A stretch of DNA of 64,000 nt from the human T2T-CHM13v2.0 reference genome, Homo sapiens. Made by a program: the position numbers and the translations under genes. Position 1 is the first letter of the stretch, and each line of letters starts with the position of its first letter. Below, one piece after another: positions 11,933 to 30,127 of this stretch. The stretch lies in assembly GCF_009914755.1 (NCBI RefSeq), contig NC_060932.1; one strand, written 5' to 3'. The notes under the pieces were generated by a model, which searched no databases, had not been told where the DNA came from, and worked only from the letters and a program-made list of their open reading frames with translations.

Positions 11933-12141
11933 TGGTTTTGCAAGGGCTTTCAACCTCTGGCTGCCAGTATTTTACCCACTAGTCCCATAGACAACATGGT
12001 TTATATTCCATTAGATCAGGCAGGAAGAGACTTTAGGGCCTAGGGTGGGCAGGGTCGGTGCCCCACTCAGGAGGAGGCAGCTTCAGACGACATTACCTAG
12101 CCCCTCAACTTCCCGTATAATCGTAATCCCTAAGATCTCTT

Positions 12142-12151
12142 AGGGGGAGAC
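12142..12151 (+). promoter_or_regulatory. Polypurine tract
   Basis: agggggagac immediately before the TG of the 3' LTR. Confidence 0.75.
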
Positions 12152-12750
12152 TGGGGCAGGATAGGTAGTCAAAGAAGTGACCATGTTCTCAGGACACAGC
12201 TACCGTGGTGACCTTACGATCAACACAATAAGCCTCAACATTCGCATTTTAATTGAGCTTATTCAAGCAAAGCTATCTTCAGTAGGGACTTTCACCTCTA
12301 CAGGGCAGGAACACTTTGATTTCACCTGTCCTCAAACTGACCCTTTGCTCATCAAATAGTAAAAAACCCACTCCTGGGTGGAGATTTAAGATGCTAATGA
12401 AACATGCTATGTATAAACAAGCATGTACAGCTACTGTACAAGTGCACCCAGAGGACCACCTAGAACATGCTTACTAGCAATGCCACTTTCCACCTCCTTA
12501 TGAACAATTTTGTAAGACTCCCAGAGAGGGAGTCTCCCTAGTGCCGGTCTTTGCTGCCTCACCTTTACAAGCAGCCTGCCCTGGAATCTCTCTCTTGGGG
12601 TGTGCTGTCTATTCTGCACCTCACTTTCAAAATATCCTTTTTCTTTTGCAATAAAATACTCTATGCTGCATCTCCTTTGCAGTGTTTCTCTTGTTTAAAT
12701 TCTTTTCAATTAAGAAGACAAGAACTGAAGTATCACATCAGCCATCAACA
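12152..12750 (+). repeat. 3' LTR (MER66C-like)
   Basis: TG...CA termini (tggggcagg...gccatcaaca); direct repeat of 6922-7516. Confidence 0.93.
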
Positions 12751-12796
12751 CACACATACACACACACACACACATATGTAGTCACCAAATATATTT

Positions 12797-12897
12797 GGAG
12801 GATGAAATAATCTGTATAACAAACCTTCATGACATGAGTTTGCATATATAGCAAACCTTCACATGTATCCCTGAACTTAAAATAAAAATTAAAAAAA
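12797..12897 (+). mobile_element. Short L1PA15/16-type 3' tail
   Basis: gatgaaataatctgtataacaaacc...catgtatccctgaacttaaaataaaa. Confidence 0.8.
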
Positions 12898-14248
12898 GCC
12901 AAAAGATCTGTGCTGTAATATTTGTTGAATATATATTTAAAATGAATATGTATAATTTTAACTTGCAATTTTTCAAATATATATATATATAACATTTGGG
13001 AGAGTTTGTGTTGAAAGCGGATAAGTAAAATTAAATTAAACTATTAACCATAACTTTTTTGTTCTTCGTATTTTATGGGTAACGCATTTCTTTGAAACAA
13101 TTTTCTATTCTTATTCCTTTTCAGGAAGCCCATTTAACATTTATCTAAATAAGACAAATAAGTAGAAACTGCTTAGAATTAACAGATAAAAACCTAGAAC
13201 CTGGCAAATTCATGCTTTACTTAGAGATCCAAATAACTGGTTTCTGTAAAATCTCTAGAATCTCACTAATATAATCTGAAATTTTAAAGTTAAGCCTTAT
13301 TTTTATAGCATCATATATTAAGATGAAACTATGTCTTAGATTAAATTAGAGAAGGTCATTAAACTAGAAAAAACACTTAAAAGTGATACAGTGATATACA
13401 ATGTTAAATGTGGGAAAAAATATCACCTGAGTGCTGAGGCCTAATTCTCTAAAATGTAGAAATACGGTGATTTAGAAGATAGTTTTCTCAAGGTTGTGAT
13501 TTCAGAAGAATTGATTGCATTTCCTAAAAAGACTGAGTAAAATTTTCACAAATTGTAATTTTTGGAAGTTGAGTAAAGGTCTGGATTTGGTGCTTTTTAT
13601 AATAAAAGTAATTTGCAAAGAATATATACATTTAAATAAAAAATCACCTATAAATAGATTAATTATTAATCACCCATCACCTACAAACATCCACTAGTAG
13701 TCACTAAGTGAATGGGACATAGCAGTAAGATGTTTTGATGGAGGCTAAGGAGTTGAATTTGATAGGTATGAAGAGAGGCCCATTTTTAGCTAGGTATGGG
13801 TATACCCAGAGTCAAATGGAGAATATCTAAATTGTGGTGCTGAGGATACTGTAATTTAAGTTAAAGTTATTAAAGACAGTTGAAGCCTACTCATAAGATT
13901 TTCTCAAATTACCCTTTTGAGATAACATAGTCATTTAAATATTTTTCAAATTTAAAATATGGTATATTTTTGTAGTTTATAATTATGTTTTTCCCATTGT
14001 TTGAAAAGTTTATGCACTAGATTTTTATAGTAAAAGGAATTTGCATTGAGTGAAAAAATAAAGCATGTGAATATAGAGATAAAATATTCAAGAATTCTTT
14101 CAAATGTTGCTTGGTAAAACTGCATGTTTAATTTTAGCACTACAAATATTAATATGATTACCATCTACTTTTATCTTTTTACGAATTCAATAAATACCAA
14201 ATACACCCATATTTTCTTAAAAAAAAGCATTCCTTGAGGAAAACCATG

Positions 14249-14452
14249 CTCTCTCTCTCTCTGCATATATATATTTTTTTAACTTAAAATATTTAACTTT
14301 TTAACTTAAAAATATGTATAACTATATATAATATATAGAAGTTAAAAAGCTAAATATATATTTGTTTATTATATATTTATTCATATTTATATTTATTATT
14401 TATATTTTAATATATATTTATTTTTATATGTACTATATTATATATATATATG
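14249..14452. repeat. (CT)n followed by (TA)-rich low-complexity tract
   Basis: Direct inspection. Confidence 0.85.
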
Positions 14453-15631
14453 TAAAAAAACTTGTGTACTGCAGAAGAGGATATGTCCTGTGACATGAAA
14501 TTCTAAAAGATTTTAAAACATTGTCCTTCATATCCTTAGGGTAGAAAATATTTTCCTTATGTAAAATATATGCATTTGTTCAGCCTTGGAAGAAGATTGA
14601 AAGGAAAAAAATGCTGTACCACTTTAATTCTCCCATATTTATCTATTTTTGGCTTCTGTCTCAAGAATAAAGCTTAGTACATTTTAGAGAAACTGGTAAG
14701 ACAGGTGTCTGCAAAATTTTTATCAACTTACTTGGCTTCAATATATAACCTCATAACATGTACATTTATTCACAAATATGTATGACTATTAATATAGTAT
14801 TTATCTAACTCGTTCAGGAAAATATGAATTATAAAGAAGGAAATAAAATCAATATAAGCAAGTGTTCCAATATACTTTTTACATGCTAATAGATTACTAT
14901 ACACTCTCCAAGGTAGATATCTCCCTTTGGAGACTCTGCACAAGAATATGCTCAGTGAACAAAGTGAATCAAATTGTCTTGTTCACTATCATATACTTAA
15001 ATATTTATATTCATATAGAGCGCATTTTATGTGACAAGTAGTGCATAGAATAAATGTATTTGAATTTAATTCAATTGGTTAATTAGTACTAAGGAGCAGA
15101 ACTTTTAAACCTATTGGTAATTCTTTGCAGGATTTATCCCAGGATTCAATCTCAAGTTTCCTCTATCATTGCTCCCATGTATCTGAGCAATAAACAATGT
15201 CTTAATTCTGTAAGTTTCTTTAAACACATACACATACAGGCAGTCATGGCTTCAGACATTATATATATCCTGTTATACTTTTCTCTTGTCAGCGGACTCT
15301 GCCTTTACTAAGATTTTTGCAGGGATAGTATCTACAAAATTACCACTCACTATTTAGTAGGAAATACCTAATGCCCAAAGCTTTAGATTAACATTTATTA
15401 TTATCCATTTCTGACCTCCCACATTTCTTCTTGAGTTCAGTCCACATCCATGTATAGATCTGATGCTCTAGCCACAGTGACAATTTTATTGTTGTTCAAC
15501 TTAATAAATCTGCACTTTTGCTCAGCTCTTTTCTTTCCTCTCATTATTCTTTTTTCCATTCATCTCTTCTTCAGTGCTAGCTCAGATCCCACACTATCAG
15601 AAATCAGATATCCTGCATCGATCCTTATTTT

Positions 15632-16672
<1,041 letters not shown>

Positions 16673-17969
16673 GTGAGAAACAATGGATACTTCCTTAAAA
16701 AAACAACTTAAAATAACACTTCCATCCTCTTATTTCACAATTATCTGTTTATGTTTTTAATGATATATTGTAGTTGGTCTGGAGATAACTTAGCACTTTT
16801 CTGCCTGTCTGAATCTATTAAAATATTTGAGAGAGTGAGGATTATGCTTAGACTTACTCTCTCCCTCTGCACACCACATTTTTTATAATAAGCACTTGAT
16901 ATATGTTCATAGGATATTCACTGTATTTCTACATTATCCATTTTAAATTGGGCTTGTTTGACACTTGAAAATATTAGGCAATATATTGTGATACAGTTGA
17001 CAGAATTTCTTTAAAATCACATTATTTCTGCTTATTATTCTGACTCATAGAAGCACTTTAAATTAACCTATACAATTTTAGATTTCCTTATAAATAGCAT
17101 GTATCGATTAATTTTATCATTGTTGGGACATTTACAATATTTGTAGGTACATGAGTTTAACTGCTTATTATTTTGTCAGTATTGCTATCTACATTTATAT
17201 GATGAAGGCACTTTATATGCATTAATTAAAATTTAAAATATCTCTCTAAGTAGGTATATGTTGCTTAACATTTTTAAAATATTGTGTATCTTACTAAATT
17301 TAGTAGTTTTCCCTGAGGCTTCTATTCACATTCTCCCTCATATTTAAAATTCTAACAGGGCTCTTTGAAATCTATAAAAAGATAAATTATAAATGGCTCA
17401 TTAGATCTTCTTTGACAGTAAGAAACCTAATATAGGATTGAAAATGTGGATGAAACAGAGCACTTAGTACCGTGTACTCACTGGCTCTGACAGACATAAG
17501 AAAGGTGAAATATAAAGCTTCCTCTAAAGTCAATATGTTGACTGAATGTTATGATGGTGTAGACTAATCTTTAGTTTATGTCAATATATCAAAATCCACT
17601 TGGAATGAGATTTACATGATTAAACCATAGCTTACATAAAAGTTACATTTAAAAACAAAAGTTATATTAAATAGTATAAAGCTACTTTTCTTGAAGGTTC
17701 TAAATATTCCAGAATGGCATTATTCTAACAGTGTGCTCACTGTAATATATAACAAAGGAGAATGAATTCATTATAGAAGACTATAGAGCCATAATTTCTA
17801 TGTTAATAAATGGCTGATAGGTCATTACTGTGAGCAAATTAGAGGAAAGCTTAAACAGTCAGTTTGTCCATTTTAAGGATGCCCAAATACAAAATAATAA
17901 ATAAAAATACAAATTAAAAAAATAACCATTATTGAGATTGGAGTTCACATTTAGAAATCCTGGAGGTTA

Positions 17970-18591
<622 letters not shown>

Positions 18592-18737
18592 GGAAAGAGA
18601 GAAAGAGAAAAAGAGAGAAAGAGAAAGGAAGAAAAAGAAAGAAAGAAGGAAAGGAAGAGAAAGAAAGAAAGAGAAAGAAAGAAAGAAGAAAGAAAGAAAG
18701 AAAAAGAGAGAGAAAGAAAGAAAGAAAGGAAAAGAAA
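18592..18737. repeat. (GAAA)n-type compound microsatellite
   Basis: About 145 nt of pure purine sequence, derived from an A-tail. Confidence 0.95.
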
Positions 18738-19060
18738 TACAACAAATGTTTCCATCTGACAACATTGTTTAGGTTGAATTGATGTTTTTAGTTAACTCCA
18801 AACTGTGACAGAATTATACTCTGCACTTGCAGATTCAAGGAAGTAGGTAATCATTCTCATTCATGGATAGATTAACGAGGAAACATAAACAAATTTTTAT
18901 TGTACATGATGAAAACTATGACTTGAATGTTTTAAAATAAGTTTAGAAGGTAAAACTAAAACTTTTTGAAGAAAACATAGCAGTACATATCCACGACCTT
19001 AGATTAGGCAATGCTTTCTTAGGTACAGGACAGACACATACAAACATACATTTGGTGCTA

Positions 19061-19139
19061 TTAGGTTGGTGCAAGAAAATGATTGTGGTTTTTTGCCATT
19101 ACCTTGGCAAAAACAGCAATTACTTTTGCACCAATGTAA
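19061..19139. mobile_element. MADE1 (Hsmar1-derived MITE)
   Basis: ttaggttggtgcaa...gccattaccttggcaaaaacagcaattacttttgcaccaatgtaa; near-palindromic, preceded by TA. Confidence 0.93.
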
Positions 19140-19164
19140 TCCAAACAATACAATTAAGAAAGTG

Positions 19165-19503
19165 AGCCTGGGTGCAGTGACTCATGCCTGTAGTCACAGC
19201 AATTTGGGAGGCTGAGGAGGGAGGATCCCTTGAAACCAGTAATTCAGGACCAGCCAAGGACACAGCAAAATATTGTTGCCACAAACACACAAATACAAAT
19301 GAAATTAGCTAGACATCATGATACATGCCTGTAGCCCTGGAGACCCAGCTACTCGGGAGGCTAAAGTAGAAGGATTTCATGAGCCCAGGAGGTCGAGGCT
19401 GCAGTGAGTTATGATTGTACCGCACCTCTGCACTCCAGCCTTAGCGACAGAAGGAAGACACTGTCTCAAAAAAAAAAAAAAAAAAAAAAAAGAAAGAGAA
19501 AAA
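19165..19503 (+). mobile_element. AluJ, diverged
   Basis: 'ggaggatcccttgaaaccag' and 'gagcccaggaggtcgaggctgcagtgag'; A tail. Confidence 0.9.
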
Positions 19504-19621
19504 AAGTAAAAAGACAACGTGCAGAATGAGAAAATATTTGTGACTCATATGTTTGACACTGAATTGTTTCCCAGAATCAATAAATAATTGTTGCAACTCA
19601 ATAATAAAAACAAATAACTCA

Positions 19622-21327
<1,706 letters not shown>

Positions 21328-22635
21328 ATAACTCAATTAAATTGGGCAATGGATTTAAATATTTATTCCAAAAATGTACAAATATCCAATAAAAATATAG
21401 TAAGATTCACCATGTCAATAGTCATTAGGGAAATGCAAATTAAAATCATGAAAAGATACTACTTCATGTCTGCTACATATCTATAACAAAAAAGATAGAT
21501 AATAACAAGTGTCGGCAAGAATGTGGAGAATTTATATATTTCATTTATCATACCACACTTTGCTGGTGGGAATGTAATACAGCTGCTTTGGAAACAGTTT
21601 AATGGTCACTTAAAATATTAAACATATACATAACACAGGACCAAGCCATCCCGCTCCTACTGTATACCTAAGAGAAATAAATATATATGTCTGCGCATAC
21701 ATGTGTGTAAAATCTTGTATATGAATATTCATAAAATATTTATTATTCATAATAGCCCAAACCAGAAACAACCAAAATGTCCATCAACTGAAAAACAATA
21801 GCATAAATAAGATGTGTTACATTTATACAATAGAATATATGGCTATAAAAGGAAGTACTGATACATGGCACAACATGGATAATACTTGAAACATTATGGT
21901 AAATGAAATAAACCAATTACAAAGTAATCTGTATTGTATTATTCATTTATGTGAAGTGCACAGAATGGATAAATATATGTAGAGACAAAAAGTAATTTCA
22001 TGGTTTCTGTGGAGCTGACAAAAAGGGGTTTGGGGCAGTGACTATCATGACTAAGAAATGGGTAAAGGGTTTCTTTTTTGGGGTGAATTTACTAACATGA
22101 AATTATATTGATGGTTGTAAAACTATATATACACATATATAATATAGATTTATAAATATATACATATATTCATGTATTGTATATTAATTATAAACCAATA
22201 ATTCTGTTAATAATTTTAAAAGGAAAAAATATTTACAATTTAAAATAGTGAAAGCAGGTATATAATATAGATAACATGAATTGCATCGTTATACAGAATT
22301 CAATATACTACTTCTTTTTGGAAATTATAAATTTGCAAATAAATTATATATATTGCAATGTAGCCAAGTTGAAAGCTCTAGGCAGATTTGTAAGACTTGG
22401 AAAAAAGCAAAATGATACGTCAATTAACAGAAGATATAATAAAGAGGTTAGGTTAGCACAGAGCTGACCTTGTGGCAGGAACACAGTGTCACTGAATGAC
22501 ACAAACTGGTGTCTATTGTATATCACTCTTGTGATTGAACACTTGCCCCCCAAAATAAAAGTTCAGAGAAAACTAAATTTTTCTTATAATTCTGGTTAGA
22601 ACTTGCAATCAATATACACTAGATCTGAAGTTCCT

Positions 22636-22730
22636 CTAATAGTAAAAGCTACCTAAAAGTTGTAGTAAAGATTAAGAGGATAAATCCTACGAAGTGCTTA
22701 GCACAGTGTTGGGCTTTATACAAGGCAGCT
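22636..22730 (+). mobile_element. MIR 3' fragment
   Basis: aatagtaaaagctacct...gattaagaggataa...gtgcttagcacagtg. Confidence 0.65.
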
Positions 22731-22814
22731 ACCTCTAGGTCGCACCGGCTGATAATGCTAAAGCTTGTAATTTTTCAAGATCTTGTTAATTAACTGTCAG
22801 ATATTTTCTATTAA

Positions 22815-23125
22815 CTGTCAGATACTTTTTGAGGACCTATTGTGTACCACAGACAGTGGTAAGCATAGCTGATAACCTCATGAAATTTAGTCTGGTAAAA
22901 GCAGACAGACATTAGTCAAAAAATTCACAAATAATTTGTAATTATAATTGTCATAAGATTTTTAAATGTCAAGCACTGAAGTGATAAGATACAGTAAAAT
23001 ACTTTGGTTTAGGGCCAGTGAGGCTTTCCTTGACATACTGGCATTAAGCTGAAGTTTAGGAAATGAGTAGGAAGTACCAAATGGATATGGAAAAAAGCAT
23101 TCCAGGTAGAGGAAAGAGCATGTCA
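22815..23125 (-). mobile_element. L2 3' fragment
   Basis: 'tttgaggacctattgtgtacca', 'taagctgaag', 'agcattccaggtagaggaaagagcatg'. Confidence 0.65.
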
Positions 23126-26100
23126 CCTCTCTGTTGTAGAAACGTAAGGAACACTAAGAAATGAAGTCAGTTCAAGTCTTGATTAATGTGTTCCTCTTGA
23201 TTAAGTCATCTTTTCCTTCTATGTTAAAAAATCACATAATAAATATTGGTGGAGATCATAATTAAAGGATGGTTTTTTGTAGCTTCTAAAAACATCGTGT
23301 TTAATCGCATAACTATGCTATACAAACATTATGAAATACTCTGCAGCTGCTACTAATGTAAGTTGAAAATATATTTACTGTCATAGAACTATATCATTTT
23401 GAGAAAAGCAAATTAAAACATAAATATGAATAGTATAAAATGTATTATTATTTTCTCTCACTGTCTCATATATAGATAGGTAGACATAGATGTAGATGAA
23501 TGATCAAGTAAAAGTATATATATGTATATGCATTTATATGTCAAATATATCTATATATATACCTACGTGTACATGCCAACAGCTATCCATATGCATATGC
23601 AAAATATGTTCTTATATCTGTATAGGTTTTTCTAAAAGAAACAGAAACAATGAACCATCATGATCCTTAGGGACAGGTTTGAGGGTGAAACTACAGTGAC
23701 AATTTTGGTTTTATGCAATCACATTTAAATTTTTACCATGGTCTTCCATTTTATATGTTGTAAATTAGCAATCCTTCTGTCTGTTTCTAAATACATAACC
23801 TAGCCCTCTATCATCAATTTCTTAAAATCACAACTTTTAAGCAATAACAAATACACAAATTTCGTTACACAACAAAGAATATCTCTAAAATGGAACACAT
23901 AACTGAAGAGTTTTTAACCAAAGAAGAAATTCTGTAGTAATATTAATATTTTAAGTAATAGTGCCTGTGAGTTCAAATATATAACACAGCCATTTCTCAA
24001 TAAAGTAATAAATCATGTGAATTGAGAACCTACTTAAGACTGATTTGGCCTTATAAGAATACTGCACTGTGCTCCTGTTTTTCAAATAGGTTACAGTGTT
24101 TTTAAAATGATGTAAAACCATAAACACATAAGACAACCAAAACTTCAAAAATTATTTTTGTGTTAAACAATGTAAATAATCAAAGTTTTTAATTATTTTG
24201 GTATTCAAAAAGTCTTAATGAAATCGAAGTTGGACATTGAAGGAAACAAAAATTGGAAATGTAATAAAGAAGAAAACCATTTCTAATGAGGAAAATGGAA
24301 GTAGCACACATGCCGAGTTTGAAATTCACATTATCACTAAGGAAACAGAGAACTATCTACTCTCAAGTAATGTGAGTTAAGATGGACTGGTCAAGTTATG
24401 GAGGGCCTTGATTGCTCTGGCTGATAAAGCAGATTGCCATCCTTTAAGAAGTGGAAAGGTATAGGTTGATTTTCAGTAAGTTAGCAATATGCTGGAAGTG
24501 GTATTTAAAAAATTAATGTGATATCAATTGAATAATTGAATGCTCTTTTTCATTGGCTTCTAAGTTATCATCCATCAAAATGCAGTTTCAGAGGAAAAAA
24601 GCTTATGCAGCTAACATAGTTAGTTAAATGTACCAAAACGCCTAATTGGGAAAACGTAACTATCATCAACATGATTGTGGATGGCTGTCAGCAGTGGGTA
24701 TGATGGAAACTATGGGGCAGAATGAATTATTCTTATCTGACTGAGGGTTGGAAGTTAAGCACAGGAAGATTAGAAAAACTGAAAAGCAGAAAACTAAAAA
24801 CAGAAAAAGCAGAGCTGCAGACTAAGTCATGCCACGTGAAGTGTATCAGAAGTCAAACAAATAGACAAGTACCAAAAGGACACTCCTACCAAATGGAGTC
24901 AACACATAGGGAGGAAAATAAGTAAACAGGCAGGAATTTGATTAATTTTTTAAAATTAGAAGACAAGGAAATTCATTATAGTTACTAGATTGCCTAAGGC
25001 TTTGCTGGAGAAGCAACTCTTTATCATATAAGTAAATAATTTTTTAGATTGGATAACCTTAGGTTGCCTGGGAAATAAACAAATGCAGATTTACCTGAAG
25101 TGGTGCAAACCCAAGGCAACTTTTGGGACTAGCCATCTTTGTCAAGCATTCTCTGTCCTACAGTGAAATAGAAACTTGTAAAATTACTTAAGTTCAGAAA
25201 AACAAAATATTTATATAGAAAATATTGCTTATACTCTTAGACATTTTCATGTCTGGTTAATTTTTATTTGGAATGATTAGAACATCTGTAACTTATAAAT
25301 GCCTTTTCCACGATCAAATGGTACTTTAAAAGATGGAAAAATAATTTTTACCTTTGAAAATATCAAAGAATATCAAATTAATTACTGCTAAATAGACAAG
25401 TATGCGAGGCTTAAAATAAGGAAGCCACATTCACATTGGCTACACTAAGAAATGTCATTTGCAAAGTGAGATTTAATCTATGTTGCTGAATTCTCATTAT
25501 ACGTGATAATAAGTAAGAATGGATTCTGCTATAGCACTTTCCAAATTCAAAGCTCTCTATAAACATTAAGTAGGAGTTGGTAAAGTCATATAGGCAAATT
25601 TAGCTAGGAAATAATGCAAAATAGATTAGGTAAAAGAAGCTATCTGTAATGAATATTAACTCTAGGCCAGTGCCTACAATGGACAGGATCATTGGGGCTT
25701 CATTAACTCTTTAAGATCATAAGTTTTTTTTGCTTATAATTAAAATATTTCAGTTATATGAATTATTCATTGTATTTCTTTGTAGCTCATTAGTTTAAAA
25801 AATACACAGTAAATGTACTTTCCAAACAGCATAATTTAACACCATGGAAATAATGTGACTTTAATTTAGAGTAGCTTCCAAAGAATTCTAAACACATACC
25901 TTTCTAAAAATATACCCAGCATGCTAGCTAAAGAAAAACGTTATGAAAGAACAAAAATATTTCAAAAATATGAGATTTTTAAAGTTTACTTTATTTATTT
26001 ATTTACATATTAGAATACATCATTCAGAATACTGTACAGATACAAAGTGTATTTATAGAATGAATGATTAAATCCCTAAAAGAATAATTCTACCACTAAA

Positions 26101-28857
26101 AGATAATTTTTTTAATGTTTTGGGGCAAAAATAACCTTAATTACTTAAATAATGTAAAAGAAAACTGCTAGTGCATATCTCTGTAATGAAAGATTTGTAA
26201 GTTTCATAATATTCTGAATCTGTTTTGACATTGTAAATTCAGCAATTTGGATATTGGTTTGAAATGTTTTGTTCAATAATCATCCTTATGTAATATCAAT
26301 TGGTATCTTTTATTTTCTTCTGTGTACATCACATATAATCTCTCCACTGGAAACATAGTGGTTTATATAATTAGTAAATTATGCAATCAATACTTATTAG
26401 ACATACTCAATAACCATGGTTACATAAATAAGAAAAAATACTGTGAGATTTAATGTCAATTGGCATATATTATAATTCCGTATAAAAGCACATATAATAA
26501 AAAATGTAAGAATATAAATTAATTCACTTGATTATGAGTTTAGGTTTCAACAGAGTAGTAAGTCTTCGGCATCTGCAAGAGATATATACTGAGACTTTCT
26601 AAAATTCCTATGTTTTCCACTAGTACTAAAACAAATCCTTATGAGTTTTCTTATGTACTTTATGGGGTTTTTAGTAACGTGATTATATGCATTAAATGAA
26701 ACTAATAAAGCCACATTGTTATTATGATTGACCAGATTTACTTACTTGTCCCATGACACTTGCAAATGCATCAAGCTTTCAGTAAAAACATTTCAAATTC
26801 TGGTAATTTGTATTCCCTTTCATTATTAGCATTTTTCCTTATATTTTTAGCAAAGGCAAGTCTTTTATATACTCATCTACCAATGTACATATAAATATAA
26901 ATTAAAGCTACATATATAATTATTTGGGTGAGGTTGAGTTTTGAATTGAGAGGCATTCAAACTGAGGAGCCATGATTTTTAAAGATCAGGAAAAGTATCT
27001 GCCATGTTTCACACACAACAGCAAAAACATAGCCATTGTGACAGCAAAAATACTTTGAAGTACATCTTTATAATTTTTATAGATTTTTCACACACTAACT
27101 CAATAAATGATGTGTGGTGGGTGACATAAACATTTAGTTGGCTGGAACACAGAAGATGGTCTGGGATGGAATAAGAAATGAGATTGAAATATTTGTTAGA
27201 ATTTGCAATATAAAAGCAATGGACTAATGTATATGAAAATGAAAAAATGTGTATACACACATTTTTGATGTTTTAGGCTTGAGATTATCTCAAATTCACA
27301 GATAAGAAATTTCCTATGCTCAAGTATGAATCTGGTTGTAAAATAAAGAAAAAGGATGACATAAATATAAGATTTTAAAATCTCCAATTCTGTTGTTTAC
27401 ATTTCATCATACTGCCATTCTGACAAGTTATAGGGACTAATAAAATATTCGTATTTATATGCAAAACACCTTGGATTTTAAGCAGCACATGATATGGTTT
27501 CCATACTAGGTCTCAAAGATATTATATGTTATAATATGGTCAAATAACATTGAATGATACTATGACATAAATATGTGGATTTGTTGTAAAAATAATGACA
27601 GTAGATCTACCTACAATACTTCAGTTATTGTCGAGAGAATGAAAATCATAAAATATATAAAAGTAATAAAAGAAAGAAAAAGAAAGGGATAGATGCATTA
27701 AAAATTAGCCAATGTGGTTATTGAGGTATAGAGAGTAACATACTTGTCAAAAATATTTACAAATCTGATTTTCCAAAAGAAATAGACAACAGTAAAAATG
27801 ATGTTAATAGGGAAAATGGGAAGTAGTTCCTATAAAGACACATATTTAACTAAGCTTGATTTATAGTATGTTACAGTTTATTTTTTAATAAAATATCCAG
27901 ATAGCCCCTTTCTATTTTAATATATATTTAAGAGTATAAAATGTGGAAATATTAAGATTTAGGTTGGAAATTTCCTTTATTTTTCCAGGTAGTAGAGTGA
28001 TAATGATGAAGTCAAATAAGAGAAAAGAGAGGATGATTAATGTAATATTTACCTTTCTTTGGTTTTCTTTAAGCTGATTTGGAGAATTACCAAGTGATTG
28101 AAGGTAAAAGAGAAAGAATGAGAAACAAAAAAAAAGGAAGTGGAAGTGTTTTCAAATACAATTTTTAAAATTCCAATTAGGAAAGTGTTTACAATGAATA
28201 TTAATCTTGATCTCACAGCTTTCCATTTAATTAAATCATAAAATTTATCAAAATCAGAATGATCACCTGCAAAATTTAATCAGTGATCACATTATGAAAT
28301 CTGTTGAATACCATTTAGAATTCCATTTTTCAAGACTGATGGTGGACACCTACAGATTAAAATGAGCATTCCTTTTACTGTGATCCAATTAAAATAAAGA
28401 CTTGATGAGATTCTAATTGAAAATAACATCATTTTAGAAGGAAAGTTAAATGAAAATTGTATTACAAAATTTGTATGAAAAAGTACAACAAAGAAAGAAG
28501 GTAGAGTCTTGATGATGAGTGTGGATTAATTGGGACACCAATGACCCAACTAAGAAACCCAAAAGCCTTGTAAGAAGCTTAAGAATAGGAACTGTTGTCT
28601 TTTTAATGTTAGTATCACAAATACCTCACCTAATACCTGAACAACATAGATAATCAATAAGCACTTACTAATATAATTGGATAAATGAAAATAATAATGA
28701 AGACACAGCTTGTTTAAATACTGGGATTGAAAAATTTACATTTTCCACCAATTTGCAAATGTGTTTGATCACAAATTTTTAATCTCCTTAATATACATAG
28801 TTTCTTATGGTGAAAATATACTTCTTGGAATATATCTCCACTGATTCCTCTGAAAAT

Positions 28858-30127
<1,270 letters not shown>

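Larger units (their letters stand above)
6922..12750 (+). mobile_element. ERV1 provirus, MER66-type (LTR-int-LTR), pol-deleted and defective
   Basis: Two direct ~600-bp LTRs (about 86% identical by hand count), PBS, PPT, gag/pro/IN/env remnants in order, and a 4-bp CACA target duplication (6918-6921 / 12751-12754, low complexity). Family name is from recall. Confidence 0.92.

Noticed and set aside
24570-24960. Possible ancient LTR or conserved element
   Set aside because: Too diverged to assign by eye; no termini or TSD found.
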